Source of the DNA: Chiloscyllium plagiosum
Taxonomy: Eukaryota
Assembly (NCBI RefSeq): GCF_004010195.1
Contig: NC_057711.1
Location: 74,788,433 to 74,852,432, forward strand
DNA length: 64,000 nt
Direction of reading: 5' to 3'
The notes below the pieces were generated by a model, which was not told where the DNA came from, did no database searches, and saw only the letters and a list, made by a program, of their open reading frames with translations. Positions 10,170 to 22,188 of the stretch are shown piece after piece. Positions within the stretch are counted from its first letter, which is position 1. Every line of letters starts with the position of its first letter. A program made the translations under genes and the position numbers.

Positions 10170-11550
10170 GAGGCTAGAATCCTCTGCACAGTTCTTAACA
10201 TTGCCCCAAACATGGCAGATAGAGGAAATTTAGCACACCTTTTTGTGGGCAGGGACCTGGGAGTTCTGCTGGACGGGATGCTGCACGGATGGAATGCCCT
10301 CTTCCCCCAGGACCAGGAGAGAAAGTGTTGGCCTAGTGAGCATGTGCCACCTGGGTTACTGCAGTCTCAGCTGTTAAAGGATTGCCCAAGAATGTAGGAA
10401 GAAGATCGATGACCTTTTCTATTCCACCAGCATAAGTCCACCACCTTCTCTTACACTCACTCTATCTGTGCTACTGTGCCCACCTCCCACTAAGTTTCTT
10501 GTTCTACCACTCTCACTATTACCCGAGACATCTTCTGTCCTCTATTGCCACCCATCTCAAACTACGGCTCCACTAAACCAGCATGCCCTGCGTGCTGTCT
10601 GATTATTTGGTCAGGATATCTCATTACCTGCTCCCAAATAATAGCTGAACCACCCACTTTCACGCCCCTTAATATCTGTCTCTCATTCCAGGAGGGAAGC
10701 AGCCCACCAAAACGACAGACAGAATAAAAGACAGGTGGTGCACTGCCTGACATTCAGCTTCTCACTCCTTATGTAAAGGGTACCCCGATTCTGACCACCC
10801 CATGCTCCTGACTGACTGTGTCCAAGCTCCCTGGATTAGTAGTGGAGGCTGCCTTTTGCTTACTATTCCAGGACCCTTGGGGTGAAAGCTATCTCCCATC
10901 ACTTGGCTGAAGACTGCTGACAACCATGACAAACTTTGTCTCTGTGCTAAATGGCTTGATAATACAGCAGGAGGGCCTGGCATCTCTGGCAGAGTGGGCA
11001 AAGAACAAAAAAAAAATGGGGAACGCCATGCAACGCTGTTATACTCTGATCATCCAGGTGAGCTCACAGTGACTGCGTGCTGTGAAAGAAAGCAAGCAGA
11101 CTCCAGACGTAGCCTGCTCCAGTTGAAAAGCCGGGTTGTTTAAAGCTGTCAAACGGTAAATGCTAATGTCTACAGACATGGAGTTCATGTGGCCTTCAGA
11201 TATTGATGTCCAGTGTTCAAAACGGAGTTGCTTCTGATTAGTTGGCAAACTGAAGATGCCAGGTACCCATTCTGATTTCCATTCTGAGACTTCTCAAAGT
11301 CTAGTCCACTTTGGGGTGTGCTGGGTCAGTTAGGAAACTATACACTGTATTAATGAGGTGAGTTTCAATGTTATCCTTTTCTATTGGCAACACGCCATAC
11401 TCTAGTGAGAATCTCACCCCACTGTTCAATAAATGCATAAAAGATGCAGCACGTTGCTCCTGAAGTTGAGATAAGCCTCATTGGGCTTCTTGCATGATTC
11501 TGCCACAAAACTCTCCACAGCTCATTACTCAACCCCCTGTAAGATTTTGT
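10170..11550 (+). mobile_element. PIF/Harbinger-derived remnant with Myb/SANT-like ORF relic at 10212-10430
   Basis: LAHLFVGRDLGVLLDGMLHGWNALFP followed, frameshifted, by AQECRKKIDDL, as in NAIF1-like Harbinger second ORFs; boundaries approximate. Confidence 0.55.
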
Positions 11551-11554
11551 GTAT

Positions 11555-12555
11555 TAGATTAACATATGAATCCATATAGTGGCCTGGCTTTAATAAGATC
11601 ATAGGTCAACTAATCAAGTCATGTGACACATGTCAATTCCATCAACGTCAACAATTAAGAGGATCTCTCCTATCACATAGAGTCGTAGAGTCATGCAGCA
11701 TGGAAATAGACCCTTTGGCCCAACTAGTCCACACCAATCAGCATTGCAAACTAAACTAATCCTATCTGCCTCCACTTGGCACACATCCCTCCAAACCTTT
11801 CTTATGCATTTACTTATCCAAAAGTATTTTTACTCCTGTAACTGTACTCACATCCACCACCCACCACTTCCCCTGGAAACTTATTCTCCACATGAACCAT
11901 TCTCTGTGTAAAAAAGTTACCCCTCATGTCCTTTTTAAATCTTTCTCCTCTCACCTTAAAAATATGCTCCCTCATCTTGAATTCCCCTACCACAGGGTAA
12001 AGGCACCTGTCATTCACTTTATATCTACCCCTCATGATTTTTAAGCCTCTATAAAGTCACCCCTCAACCTCCTGAACTCCAGTGAAAAATGTCCCAGTCT
12101 ATTCAGCCTCTCCCTATCACTCAAACTTTCAATTCCTGTCAACATCCTCGTAAATCTTTTCGGAACCCCCTCCAGCTTATTAATAACATTCCTATAACAA
12201 GGAGACCAGAGGTAGACACAATACTTTAGAAGAGGCTTCACCAGCATCCTGTACAACCTTAACATGATGGTACAACCCCTACACCCAAAGGTCTGAGTAA
12301 CAAAGACAAACGTGCTATACACCTTAATCACCACGTCCACATGAGATTCCTTCTGAGTCCTGGTGCACATTCTGACTGATATCTACCAACTTCAAGGGCA
12401 TGACTACACACTGGTCACTGGCTTCTTCACCAAATTCCATTTTGTGAAATAAGTCAAAGATACCACTGGTACAATGTTTGTTAATATATTGACCACATTC
12501 AGTGTTCCTGAACAAATTGTATTTGACACTGGTCTACAGATCACTAATGCATCAA
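11555..12555 (+). pseudogene. Gypsy-type integrase relic (11555-11678 and 12338-12555) split by a CR1 LINE
   Basis: ESI*WPGFNKIIGQLIKSCDTCQFHQRQ..LLSH|EIPSESW..DIYQLQGHDYTLVTGFFTKF..FSVPEQIVFDTGLQ, matching the zinc-binding CxxC and the core PExIxSDNGPQ. Confidence 0.75.
11676..12337 (-). mobile_element. 5'-truncated CR1/HER1 LINE
   Basis: LYRMLVKPLLKYCVYLWSPCY..ERLNRLGHFSLEFRRLRGDFIE; GERFKKDMRGNFFTQR; tail (CTATGACT)-like. Confidence 0.85.
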
Positions 12556-15500
12556 TAAGGTTCAGTTAAAAATTCAGAAAGTTACCAAAGCTCCCCCAAG
12601 AGCAAAACAGTAGTTTCACAACTCTGTACCAGTAAATTAAATCAAGACCACCTTACCTGGAGGTTAGATGGTTATTCTTTCATGTGCTACTGTACATGTG
12701 GCACAGGGTCACTCAAGCAGCTGAATGCACATTCAGCCAGCAATGATTAAAAGAAAGATTTACTTAGGCTTGGGAATTCACGTTGGCAGCATGTGCATTA
12801 AATCAGCCTTAAAGACATATTGATTTCTCAATCCATCTACTCTGCAAGTTTCTGATGCACACTGGCATCATATACAAGCACCTTGTCAACTCAGGCATTC
12901 TATGGACACTGCATCAGAGCTGGCTGGAAGTGTATTGACTGCTAAAGTTTTTCCTCTTCACCAATGGGCAGAATTTGATATGCTATTGGGTTAACAAGCA
13001 GGTGATCGCTAAAATTCCCTTTATGCGTTTGATACCCTCTATCTACTTTCCCTTGAGCTGCCTGCTTTTTAATGGGAAGATGGATTAGCCATGGGAAGCA
13101 CATGCACCTTTGTTCAATTGAGGTCTTTAAGTAACCATTTAATAGGTCTATTAAGGACCACTTTCCACTTGACTGCAAATTTGAAACTAGAGAGTGGAGG
13201 TCAGGATGTGGGGAGGTGGGGGAGATGCCTGGGTGAAATTGGGACATCTCCCTCATTGGCCCTCTTTGCTGATCAGATGACAATCCATCAACTAGACACA
13301 ATACTCCAGAAGAGGCCTCACCAACCTCCTGTACAATCTCAACGTGATGTCCCAATTCCTATCCCACCCTCAGAACTTTCCAAACTACCCCTCCATCCCA
13401 ACCTAACTCGGATATCACTCCAATCATCACCATGAGACCCCTCCTGGGGTTTCTGAAACAGCCCCATGGGACAACCCCAGCGACGGTGGCATTGGTTCAC
13501 AGAGCTGCCAGCAAATCAACTCAGACAGCAGCTTCCTGCACTTCTTCCTGAATGAAAGGTGGAAGCCACACTGCCAGCTAATTACCATTCCACCTAGTGT
13601 GAAATGGCTACAGGGCTGTTGTCATCAGCGCAGATGCATTTCTTTTTTCGTGGCACCCGATATATGTTTACCTCAGATTTCACTAATCTCTGTGATAAAT
13701 TAATGTATTATTACATTGCTCTAGTTTACTCATTGCTAACAATTGCTGAAAAATAGCCAACAATAACAATATTCAGTATTGTTGGAAATTATACACCTGT
13801 ATGTCCATATCTGTGATTGGGTCCTTTTCAGTTTGTCAAGTATTGCTTTCTTTTTAATGCTAACAAAAGCTTGGGGGACATTGTTTCCATGTCATGTCTT
13901 GACCAATCAGACCCCACCATTTGCTAATGAATTAGCACACAGCATGATGCAGAATAAATTGCCGTACCTGTTATAATTTGCTCTTCTTGCATCTAACATG
14001 ATGAGTTCAAAGTGAAAATATCTTACTTTTCCAGCAAAATTAATGTTTTAACTTAGCATTTTACTTTAGTTATTTTATTTTGGTCCACTTAGATACAAAT
14101 GTTGTAGATAATATAAAATTATGAATGTCACAAAGCAATTTGATTTCAATCTTCAATACATGTAGGCATTTAAACATGACTACATCTGTTGTTCTGGTGT
14201 TAATATTTTCTTTATTTTAGGTTCTTTAATTGTCATTATTGTCAATTAAATCTAATTGTTTCCTATACTAGAATTACAGCAATTTTATGCATCTTTTAAT
14301 TGAACACTTATCCACATTAGTTAAGTTGTAGCCAAAGGAAAATGCAACACAGTCATTGGTTTAACTATGTAAAATGTTTGTTTTATGGGATGGAATTGTG
14401 CCAAGGAAATGGACTAGAATTAGTTTATTTTGTCAATATTGATTATCTAGTTGTAAACAAACCAAATCAGCTGTCCTGCAATTTTCTGCACCTAATTTGG
14501 ACACTTGTAGTCGCGCAGAACTGTCCAATTCTGTGAAGCCATAATTACAAGATAACATCAGGAATGTGATACCAAAATGGCAACAATTGAAGCTGAAAAG
14601 CAATGTTAATCAAGTCCTGTAATATACAGACTTCAAAGCACAGAGCTTATCTCTAAGCTTTGGGTAAGACTGGATGGGCTGTTCTTGGTTCACAAAGATT
14701 TAGAATAACTGGGACTCATAAGAAGCAATTAAGAGAATGGGAAGTGATGAATTCAACAGAAAAGAAAACTGAACAGCATGTTAAGTTGGCTGCAGATTAA
14801 CTATTGCTTGACCAACTGCTTCTGATCAATTTCACCTCACAAATGCAAGATTTCCGATGCATACCTCTGTGCAAGGTTTCATTTTTTTTTCCCTGTTGAA
14901 TAAAATCAAACAATTAATTTGCCCTTGATATATCAATTGTATGAATATTGTAAGCAATAAGACATAAAATAGAATTTCGGTTTTGATTCCTTCTGATCCA
15001 GAACATTTGATGAAAAATAACCATTTGTGATATAATATATAATTATTTTAAAAATGTATCCATAGTGCTATTTGAAACTCTGAAAGTTAACATATATACA
15101 AGTGCTGGACAGCTCATTACACACCAATCACACAGTGAGAAGTTAAAGCTAACCTCATCCTCTTAATAGCAAGTGCAAAGAATCTAAATCTGTTTCAGGC
15201 ATGAGGAAAGTACTCTCCTGGTTTTTGGCATCTTGACTTGGGCAGTTAGGTGAACTACCTCCCAAATTCTGCTTTGCAGCCAAGGCAAAACTGACTTCTG
15301 CAGCTAGTTACCATGAAATCAATGATATTGCAGTACAATCAGCTTAAAAGTTATTTATTGATTGCTAAAATAGACAAAGCAATTGTTTATTATTTCAGTC
15401 TACAGGCAAAGAACATAATGCTTAGCAAATAAGCAATTTACTATTACCTTCATTCATGTTCCCATGATTTTTTAGTTATACAATGATTTAAAACTCAACA

Positions 15501-16431
15501 TTTATAAGCATCTCTTTTTTTGGCTTTTGTGGAAGACTCCTTCTAAAATATGATGACTCTTTATAAATGTAGAAGTAAAATTCCCTCGGGTCTCAATCTA
15601 AGAAACAAGGTTTAAAGTTGATATTTATGAAAATTGTGAAGATGAAGACGTGGAAGAGGTTTGACAGGGGGTTAGATTCTTGTCACTTTGTCTCATGGTG
15701 AAAATGGTACAAGGGCCAATATTTGGAATTTCTTTTGCAGAACACAGCGTAGCAAGATGGGAGATGTCAAGGTGGGTTTTACATAAACACATTTCAGAGG
15801 TAGCTGGCTGATTAAATAATCAGCTGCCTTTACTGACATGAAATTTATAATCCTAGTAGTGTTGAACCTACTAATATCGGGTCTGCATTTTGTATATTCA
15901 TTTGGATACCCAGTGTAGCCCTTTGAAGAGGAAATATTCACATTTGAACATGCTCCCTAAATACTCTTATGAAGGATCCAAGGCTGATAGGTGGGCATTT
16001 GGAGGTTTCAGGTACACTGCTGAATTGTTGAAAGTAGACATGAATGTGCTGAAAAATGCATAAACCGAATGGAACTGTCAATCTGTCAAAGAAACCTGTT
16101 AAGACTACCAAATAATTTAACACTCCAATTCTTTCAATCTTTGAAAGGAAGGAAGTCAAGAGAGTTAAACAAATTAGATATTTACTTAAATTTGTCTGTT
16201 GACATAAACCTGGGTATTTCCATTACATATCAGTGCTGCATGGCTGATTTCACAAGAAATAATTATAATAATTAGATGCTTTCCATTTCACAGTTTGATT
16301 GACAGTGACAAGTGTTTTGACTTTTTCATGTTGGATCATGAATTCAAATACCAGTCTGCATTTGAATGAAATGTTGTTTAATTCACTTTTATTTTTGAGT
16401 TGAAGGAATGCAAATGTAATTTTCTTTTCTC

Positions 16432-16670
16432 TTTTATTCATTCACAGGATGTAGGCATTGTTAGTTGGGACGGCATTTACTGTCCATCCAGAGATGTCTT
16501 GAGAAGGTGGTGTTGAGTAGTCTTCTTGAATTGCTGCGAGTGGAACCAGCACTATCAGGATCGGCATTCCAGGATTTATCCCAGTGACACTGAAGGAAGA
16601 GCAATATATTTCCAGGTCAGGATGGTGAGCGTATTGGAGGAGAACTTACATGTGGTAATGTTCCCTTGGG
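16432..16670 (-). mobile_element. LINE-A 3' end
   Basis: TTTTATTCATTCACAGGATGT..GCATTTACTGTCCATCC..CTTGAGAAGGTGGT. Confidence 0.7.
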
Positions 16671-17179
16671 CAGAACCTTATATAGCCCATATGCCAGAGT
16701 TGCATGAGAAGTCCGATGAGGCTTCTCTCCATCAGGAAGATCTTTTAGCTAATTTCTGGGCAACATTCTTGCTAGGCAGCAATCAGTTGCCTATTAGCAG
16801 AAGGATTTTTGTTTTGCAACATCCTTATTAAGTACAGATGTAGCCCAATTAATTTGTATCTTTCTATTATACAATCTGCTGCAAGCAAACTAGATGCTAA
16901 TAATTCTCAATAAGGACCTCAGACTGGATACTGGATAACTTTAGTTTGCCATTTCCTTTTAAAAGCATCCATGTTACTCAGCATGCAACGACATCTCATG
17001 ATTATGGTCCATGGTCCCCAGCAACATGCATGCTCATTCATGGACACTGGCATCTGATAATTGCCAACGTTACCCTTCATTATCCTCCTGGCACCTTTTC
17101 AATTCACTTATAGAATGCTTAGGAAATTGAGACTATCATTGGCCGGTGTTGAATTGAAGGGCTGCTGCAATAACATTAC

Positions 17180-17522
17180 AACATAAGAGGTAGATGTAGC
17201 AGGAGGCTATTCAGCCCCTCAAGCCTACTCCATCATTCTATGAGAGCTTGGCTGATCTGCCCAAGACTAAACTCTTCTTGTATGCCAGCTCCTCATTGCA
17301 CTAACTCCTTATTATTACAAAACCTATCTACCTCCTTGTTAAATAATTTCAGTGACTTAGCTCCACAGTTCTCTGAGATAGAGAATTCCAGACATTCATT
17401 CCCCTCAGGGTGAAGAGTTCCTTCACAGTTTTAAATGAATGTCCTTTTGTTCTGTAACTTTAACCCCACGTTCAAGATTCTCACACTAATGGAAACATCT
17501 GCTCAACCTCTATTCTGTCAAG
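17180..17522 (-). mobile_element. CR1-type LINE 3' fragment
   Basis: AACATAAGA..GGCTATTCAGCCCCTCAAGCC..AGAATTCCAGACATTC. Confidence 0.7.
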
Positions 17523-18054
17523 TAAGGACACCGGGAGATGCAGTCATCTCATGAACTGGACCAGGCTGCACCTCAGCATTTGCTGTCTTCGTGCTTAGTC
17601 ACGTAGTGCCTACCTACATGCTCACAGTATCTATTCTTTGCCTTGCCATGTTATGTTAGCACATTGGTGCATCAGCCAGAGCCAAAAGGCTGTCAGTACT
17701 GCCATATTGATGTTCTCTTTCATAACGACATGCATCCTTGTTAGTAGGATCTGTCAGGGTTAGGGGAGGAGAACATTTTGCTATTCAGCACTCAGAGACA
17801 TCAATATACCAAATAAGATGTCGGATGCATACCCTGGCTTGTCAGTCATCCTGTCAAAGCGGGTAGAGGCCAAACTGTCTGTGTCAGGAGTGTGACCCTG
17901 CACCATCAATCATGGGCAGCATTTGCACATAGTCCAGAGGCTTGGCCACTGACAGTCATCTGTTTGGGCCAATCACTATGTTCAACTACATTCCAGGGAG
18001 TGAGCAAAGGTCAGTCCTCTAGGGCCATGACAAGCAGTCAGAGGAACCTTTATA

Positions 18055-18403
18055 TTCTTTTTATTGATTAATGGAATGAGGACATCACTGGCTATGCCAG
18101 CATTTATTGCCTATCCCTAATTGCCCAGAGGGCAGATAAGAATTAACCACCTTGCAGTGGGTCTGGAGTCACATGAAGACCCGACCAGGTGAGGATGGCA
18201 TTTTCCTTCCCTGAAGGAGATTAGTGAACCAGATGGGTTTTTCTTACAATCGGCAATAGATTCATGGTCTTCATTAGACTCACAAATCCAATTTTTCATT
18301 GAATTCAAATTCCACCATCTGCTATGGCAGGATTTGAGCCTGGGTCCCCAGAACATTACCTGAGTCTCTGGATTAACAGTTCAGTGACAATGTATCATTA
18401 GCC
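18055..18403 (-). mobile_element. Bipartite tRNA-headed SINE (LINE-A head + LINE-A tail)
   Basis: Minus: ..GGCTCAAATCC..GAATTTGAATTC..TGCCCTCTG|GGCAATTAGGGATAGGCAATAAATGCTGGC..AATAAAAA. Confidence 0.8.
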
Positions 18404-19825
18404 AAGGAACTGCAAAGACAGCAGTGTTAGGGATTCTCTCAGCCAGGGGCTATACTTCAAAGCTAGTCAGAAGTTCTGATATTAATACAGTCCTGGGGAT
18501 CTGAGTATTGAGCACTGGGAAAGGAGTGAGAGGGGATGTCAGGGAAACGGAGGTGTCCATTTCAGAAAAAGGGGTGGCTAAGGAGGGCAGAAGCATGTGT
18601 TGAGGTGGCTACCAAGACCGTGACTGGGTGAAAGATATGGTAGAAAGGGATCAGAGGGCATGACCGGCTACAACAGGGGAGCTTTTAGCAGTAAGCACCA
18701 TCTCCACAAGTACATCTTACAGGATTGTGGTAGGTGTCAATGAGGTATAATTTCAGGACCCCTGAACAAAGAAGAACATTTGAGGCAAAGTCCAATGTGG
18801 AGAGTTTTGACATGGAGGGTAGATCATTGGAAATAGGCTACCCAGGAGGTGCAAGCTAAAAGGGAACATGGAGATTGGGGGCGAGAGGGGTATATGTGAA
18901 GCAGACAAAAAGGATTTCCTTCCATCATTTTCTGTTCACTAGGAGTTAACGACAACTGGAAAATGGGTCGAACAAAGTGGAGTCAGTATATGTTTGATAG
19001 GTGCGAGCACATGATCCACATCTGCTGGACATTGACGGAGCAAATACATGAAGCATGTAATTACGAAATGCAGCTTCATTTAATATGTAGTTATTTCATC
19101 ATCCATGCACCATGCCAGCAGAGCAAATGTGTTTTGGATTCAAGTGCTGGTTGAAGATGATTTGCACTGTGTCATTGGTCCTTGCAAATTGAATTTTATC
19201 ATCTCAACAATGATTTAAAAAAAGGTGAATGCTGACCAACCTCTACCCACAACATCGGAAATTTGCAGAAGTGCTACAGGAGATGGAGCCAATTGCTTCA
19301 TTACTTGCCCCGTAAGTAATACAATGAGAATTTTCATGATTGTTCATGTGTGTCTGTGCTGAGAAGGGGTTGGCGAACAGCAGGCACACCCATTTTAATG
19401 TAATTAGTTCATCACCCAGCTGGCACAACGCCTTCAACAAGTTGGTGCACATGCTAAGATTAAAATTGAATGAACAATGAAGACATGGCCTTCAGTTTTG
19501 GGCACTTCATGTCTCACTGTATAGAGGAATGAGTGGACCCCTAATCAGCAGGTTATACCAACATAAACTGTTTTATTAGTTAAGAACCAATTGTATTCAT
19601 TCTGTTCCCAACTTAAGTCATTTCCGGTAAGAGCGATGTCCCATGCTGTTGGTGAGATGGTGGTCACTGTTGCATACCTCTCCAAGAAGACAAAGACAGG
19701 TTCAGGTGCCAGTTCAGGCAGAAGTCTCAGCCACACTGCTCCTCAAGATGTTTTAGGGCCACAGAGATTTTCCAACTCCATTTCCTGGAGATGAGTGAAA
19801 CACAATGTTGCTATAGACTCCATAT

Positions 19826-20160
19826 GTGCTGGAACACTGCAATGGAAATATGTCAGCTGTTTCTGTGGGACCTGTCGTCTCCTCAGGTAATGCTGTGAAG
19901 GGGACAGCTGCAATGAACGTCTATGCAATTGGCTCCTTCCAGGAAGCGACAGGTGACCTGCTTGGGATCTGTCCATCATACACCCACAAATGGATCAGGA
20001 CAGTGAGCAATGCCATCTGTGCCGGATCACACCAGTCCACTTTGTTTCCCCATAATGTGTTCAGTGCCCCAGCCCAGCCAGTTGAAATTGGAAACCAAAG
20101 TGGCCTCCAATATGTGCAGGGTGCCATCAGATGTACACATGTCTCACAATGTCATCATCC
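19826..20160 (+). pseudogene. Harbinger (HARBI1-like) DDE transposase relic
   Basis: AVKGTAAMNVYAIGSFQEATGDLLGICPSYTHKWIRTVSNAI..LFP..GLQYVQGAIRCTHV (consensus GSFQ..GD..GISQ..GAIDCTHV); catalytic D replaced by R. Confidence 0.8.
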
Positions 20161-21159
20161 CAGCCAGCTATGTTCTGCAGCAAGCAATGAATCGAGGTCT
20201 TAGGTGTCAAGGAACTGGGAGAACAGCAGCTTTCTTTCAAACAAGCAGATGATGACATTGAGGAGGAGCAATCTCTCCTTGTCCATGATTGAACTCAGCT
20301 CTATCACATGCTACAAGTCAGACAGGACCCATTTCTGTAGATGACAGTTAGTATAGCAGCTAACTGTAAAATAATTGATGGCCATAATGCCAGCATTTTA
20401 TTGGTATTGTTAGGGTGAACTTCACCCGATTCACTTTGTTTGTCTTTGATTTTTTTTGCCAACTGTAAATAAAATCCCATCTTTGAACAGTCTGATTGTT
20501 TGCTTACACAAGATGTTTCCCTACTGACAATGACAACACAATGGTTTACAGTAGGCATTAGGGACAGAACAGTGGTGACCTACAGAGGGTGTTCAGATGG
20601 GATGTAGCTAGAGGCAGGTAAATTGTGTGGCTTGGTGGTTATACGGTGAGAGGACGGTGTTGTGCATATGAGGGATCATCAGCCAAGATGGCTAGATACT
20701 ATGAGAAGTGTGGCTTTCTCATTCTGTGAAACTACCTTGCCTGTAAAAAGCAATACAGGATTACCAATGCTATTGTGGGTGCACAACAACCTTTAAAAAT
20801 GGTGCCATGACCAGGGATGCTGGTCTTTCGGGGGATATCTGCTGAATGAAGGATTCTTCTGAAATCAATGTGGTAGAATGGGATTAGATCAGGCAAGAGG
20901 AGCATTGCAGGGATGGGTAAGCTGTTAATGAGGCACATTTGATGAGATGCAGTGAGGAAACTCCCTAGACATCACAGAGAGAGCACTCCTGTAAAACAGA
21001 ATAAAACTGAGATTTGTCAAAAAAAAAGTTTCAGCACTGATTATTGGGAGTAGACTGATGGGGTGGTAATTGTCCAGGTTGGATCTGACTTGCTTTTTGT
21101 GTACAGGACATACTTTGGACATTTTCATGTTGTCTAGTTGTAGCTATATTGGAATAGCT

Positions 21160-21487
21160 GAAAATGTGTTGCTGGAAAAACGCAGCAGGTCAGGCAGCAT
21201 CCAGGGAACAGGAGAATCGACGTTTCGGGTATAGGCCCTTCTTCAGGAATGAGGAAAGTTTGGCCAGCAGGCTGTAATGAGGAAACTGGTGAAATCCGAG
21301 TTCATCGGCGGACGATGAGGTGCTCTTCCTCCAACCGTCGTGTTGTTGTGGTCTGGCGATGGAGGAGTCCAAAGACCTGCATATCCTTGGTGGAGTGGGA
21401 GGGGGAGTTGAAGTGTTGAGCCACAGGGTGGTTGGGTTGGTTGGTCCGGGTGTCCCAGAGGTGTTCTCTGAAACGCTCCGCAAGTAG
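21160..21487 (-). mobile_element. Young 5'-truncated Penelope element (GIY-YIG end + terminal repeat)
   Basis: Perfect 17-bp TSD GCTATATTGGAATAGCT at 21143-21159 and 21488-21504; minus strand encodes LAERFREHL..HPVAQHFNSPSHS..RRLEEEHLI. Confidence 0.85.
21214..21250 (-). ncRNA. Minimal type I hammerhead ribozyme motif, core intact
   Basis: AUUC-CUGAAGA-A-GGG CCUAUA CCC-GAAA-CG-UC/GAUUC; predicted cleavage between 21219 and 21218. Confidence 0.75.
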
Positions 21488-22045
21488 GCTATATTGGAAT
21501 AGCTTGGCTGGGTATAATCTAAATCACGGGTGTTCAGTATAATTGTTGGAATATTTTCAAAGTCCATAGTCCTTTGAGTGTGCAGTGCATCCAACAATTT
21601 CTTGCTATCACTTGGAGTGAATTGAATTGGCTGAAGAATGGCATCTGTAATGCTGGGGACCACTGGATGAACTGAGGTGGATCTTCCACTCAGCATTTCT
21701 GGCTGAAGATTGATGCCACTGCTTCAGCCTTATTTTTGCATTGTTATGCTGGGCTTCTCCATCATTGAGAGTAGGGATATTTGTGGAGTCTTTTCCTCCA
21801 GCATGTTATTTTGTTGTCCACCACCATTCATGACTGGATGTGACAGGACTGCAGAGTTTAGACCTGATCCATTAATGGTGGAAACATCTATTTGTTTATC
21901 TCTGTCTATTACTCACTTTTAGTGCTGTTTGGTGAGCAAGTAGTTATGTTTTGTAGTTTCACCACATTGACATCTCATTTTTAGGTATGCCTGATGTTGC
22001 TCCTGGCACGCCCTCCTACACTCTTCATTCAACCAGGGTCAATCC

Positions 22046-22188
22046 AGGAGTTTTCTATTCCTGATGAAGAGCTTTTGCCCGAAACATTGATTTTCCTACT
22101 CCTCGGATGCTGCCTGACCTGCTGTGCTTTTCCAGCACCACTCTAATCTAGACTCTGGTTTCCAGCATCTGCAGTCCTTGTTTTTACC
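22046..22188 (+). mobile_element. Penelope-derived solo repeat with hammerhead motif (22057-22092)
   Basis: AUUC-CUGAUGA-A-GAGC UUUU GCCC-GAAA-CA-UU-GAUU; TSD TCAATCC at 22039-22045 and 22189-22195. Confidence 0.75.

Noticed and set aside
12700..13690. ORFs 12942-13355 and 13091-13435
   Set aside because: Include a CR1 fragment (about 13290-13365) within probable non-autonomous transposon sequence; no coherent protein.
19826..20203. Host HARBI1 gene
   Set aside because: Catalytic Asp lost, truncated and diverged; a transposon relic.
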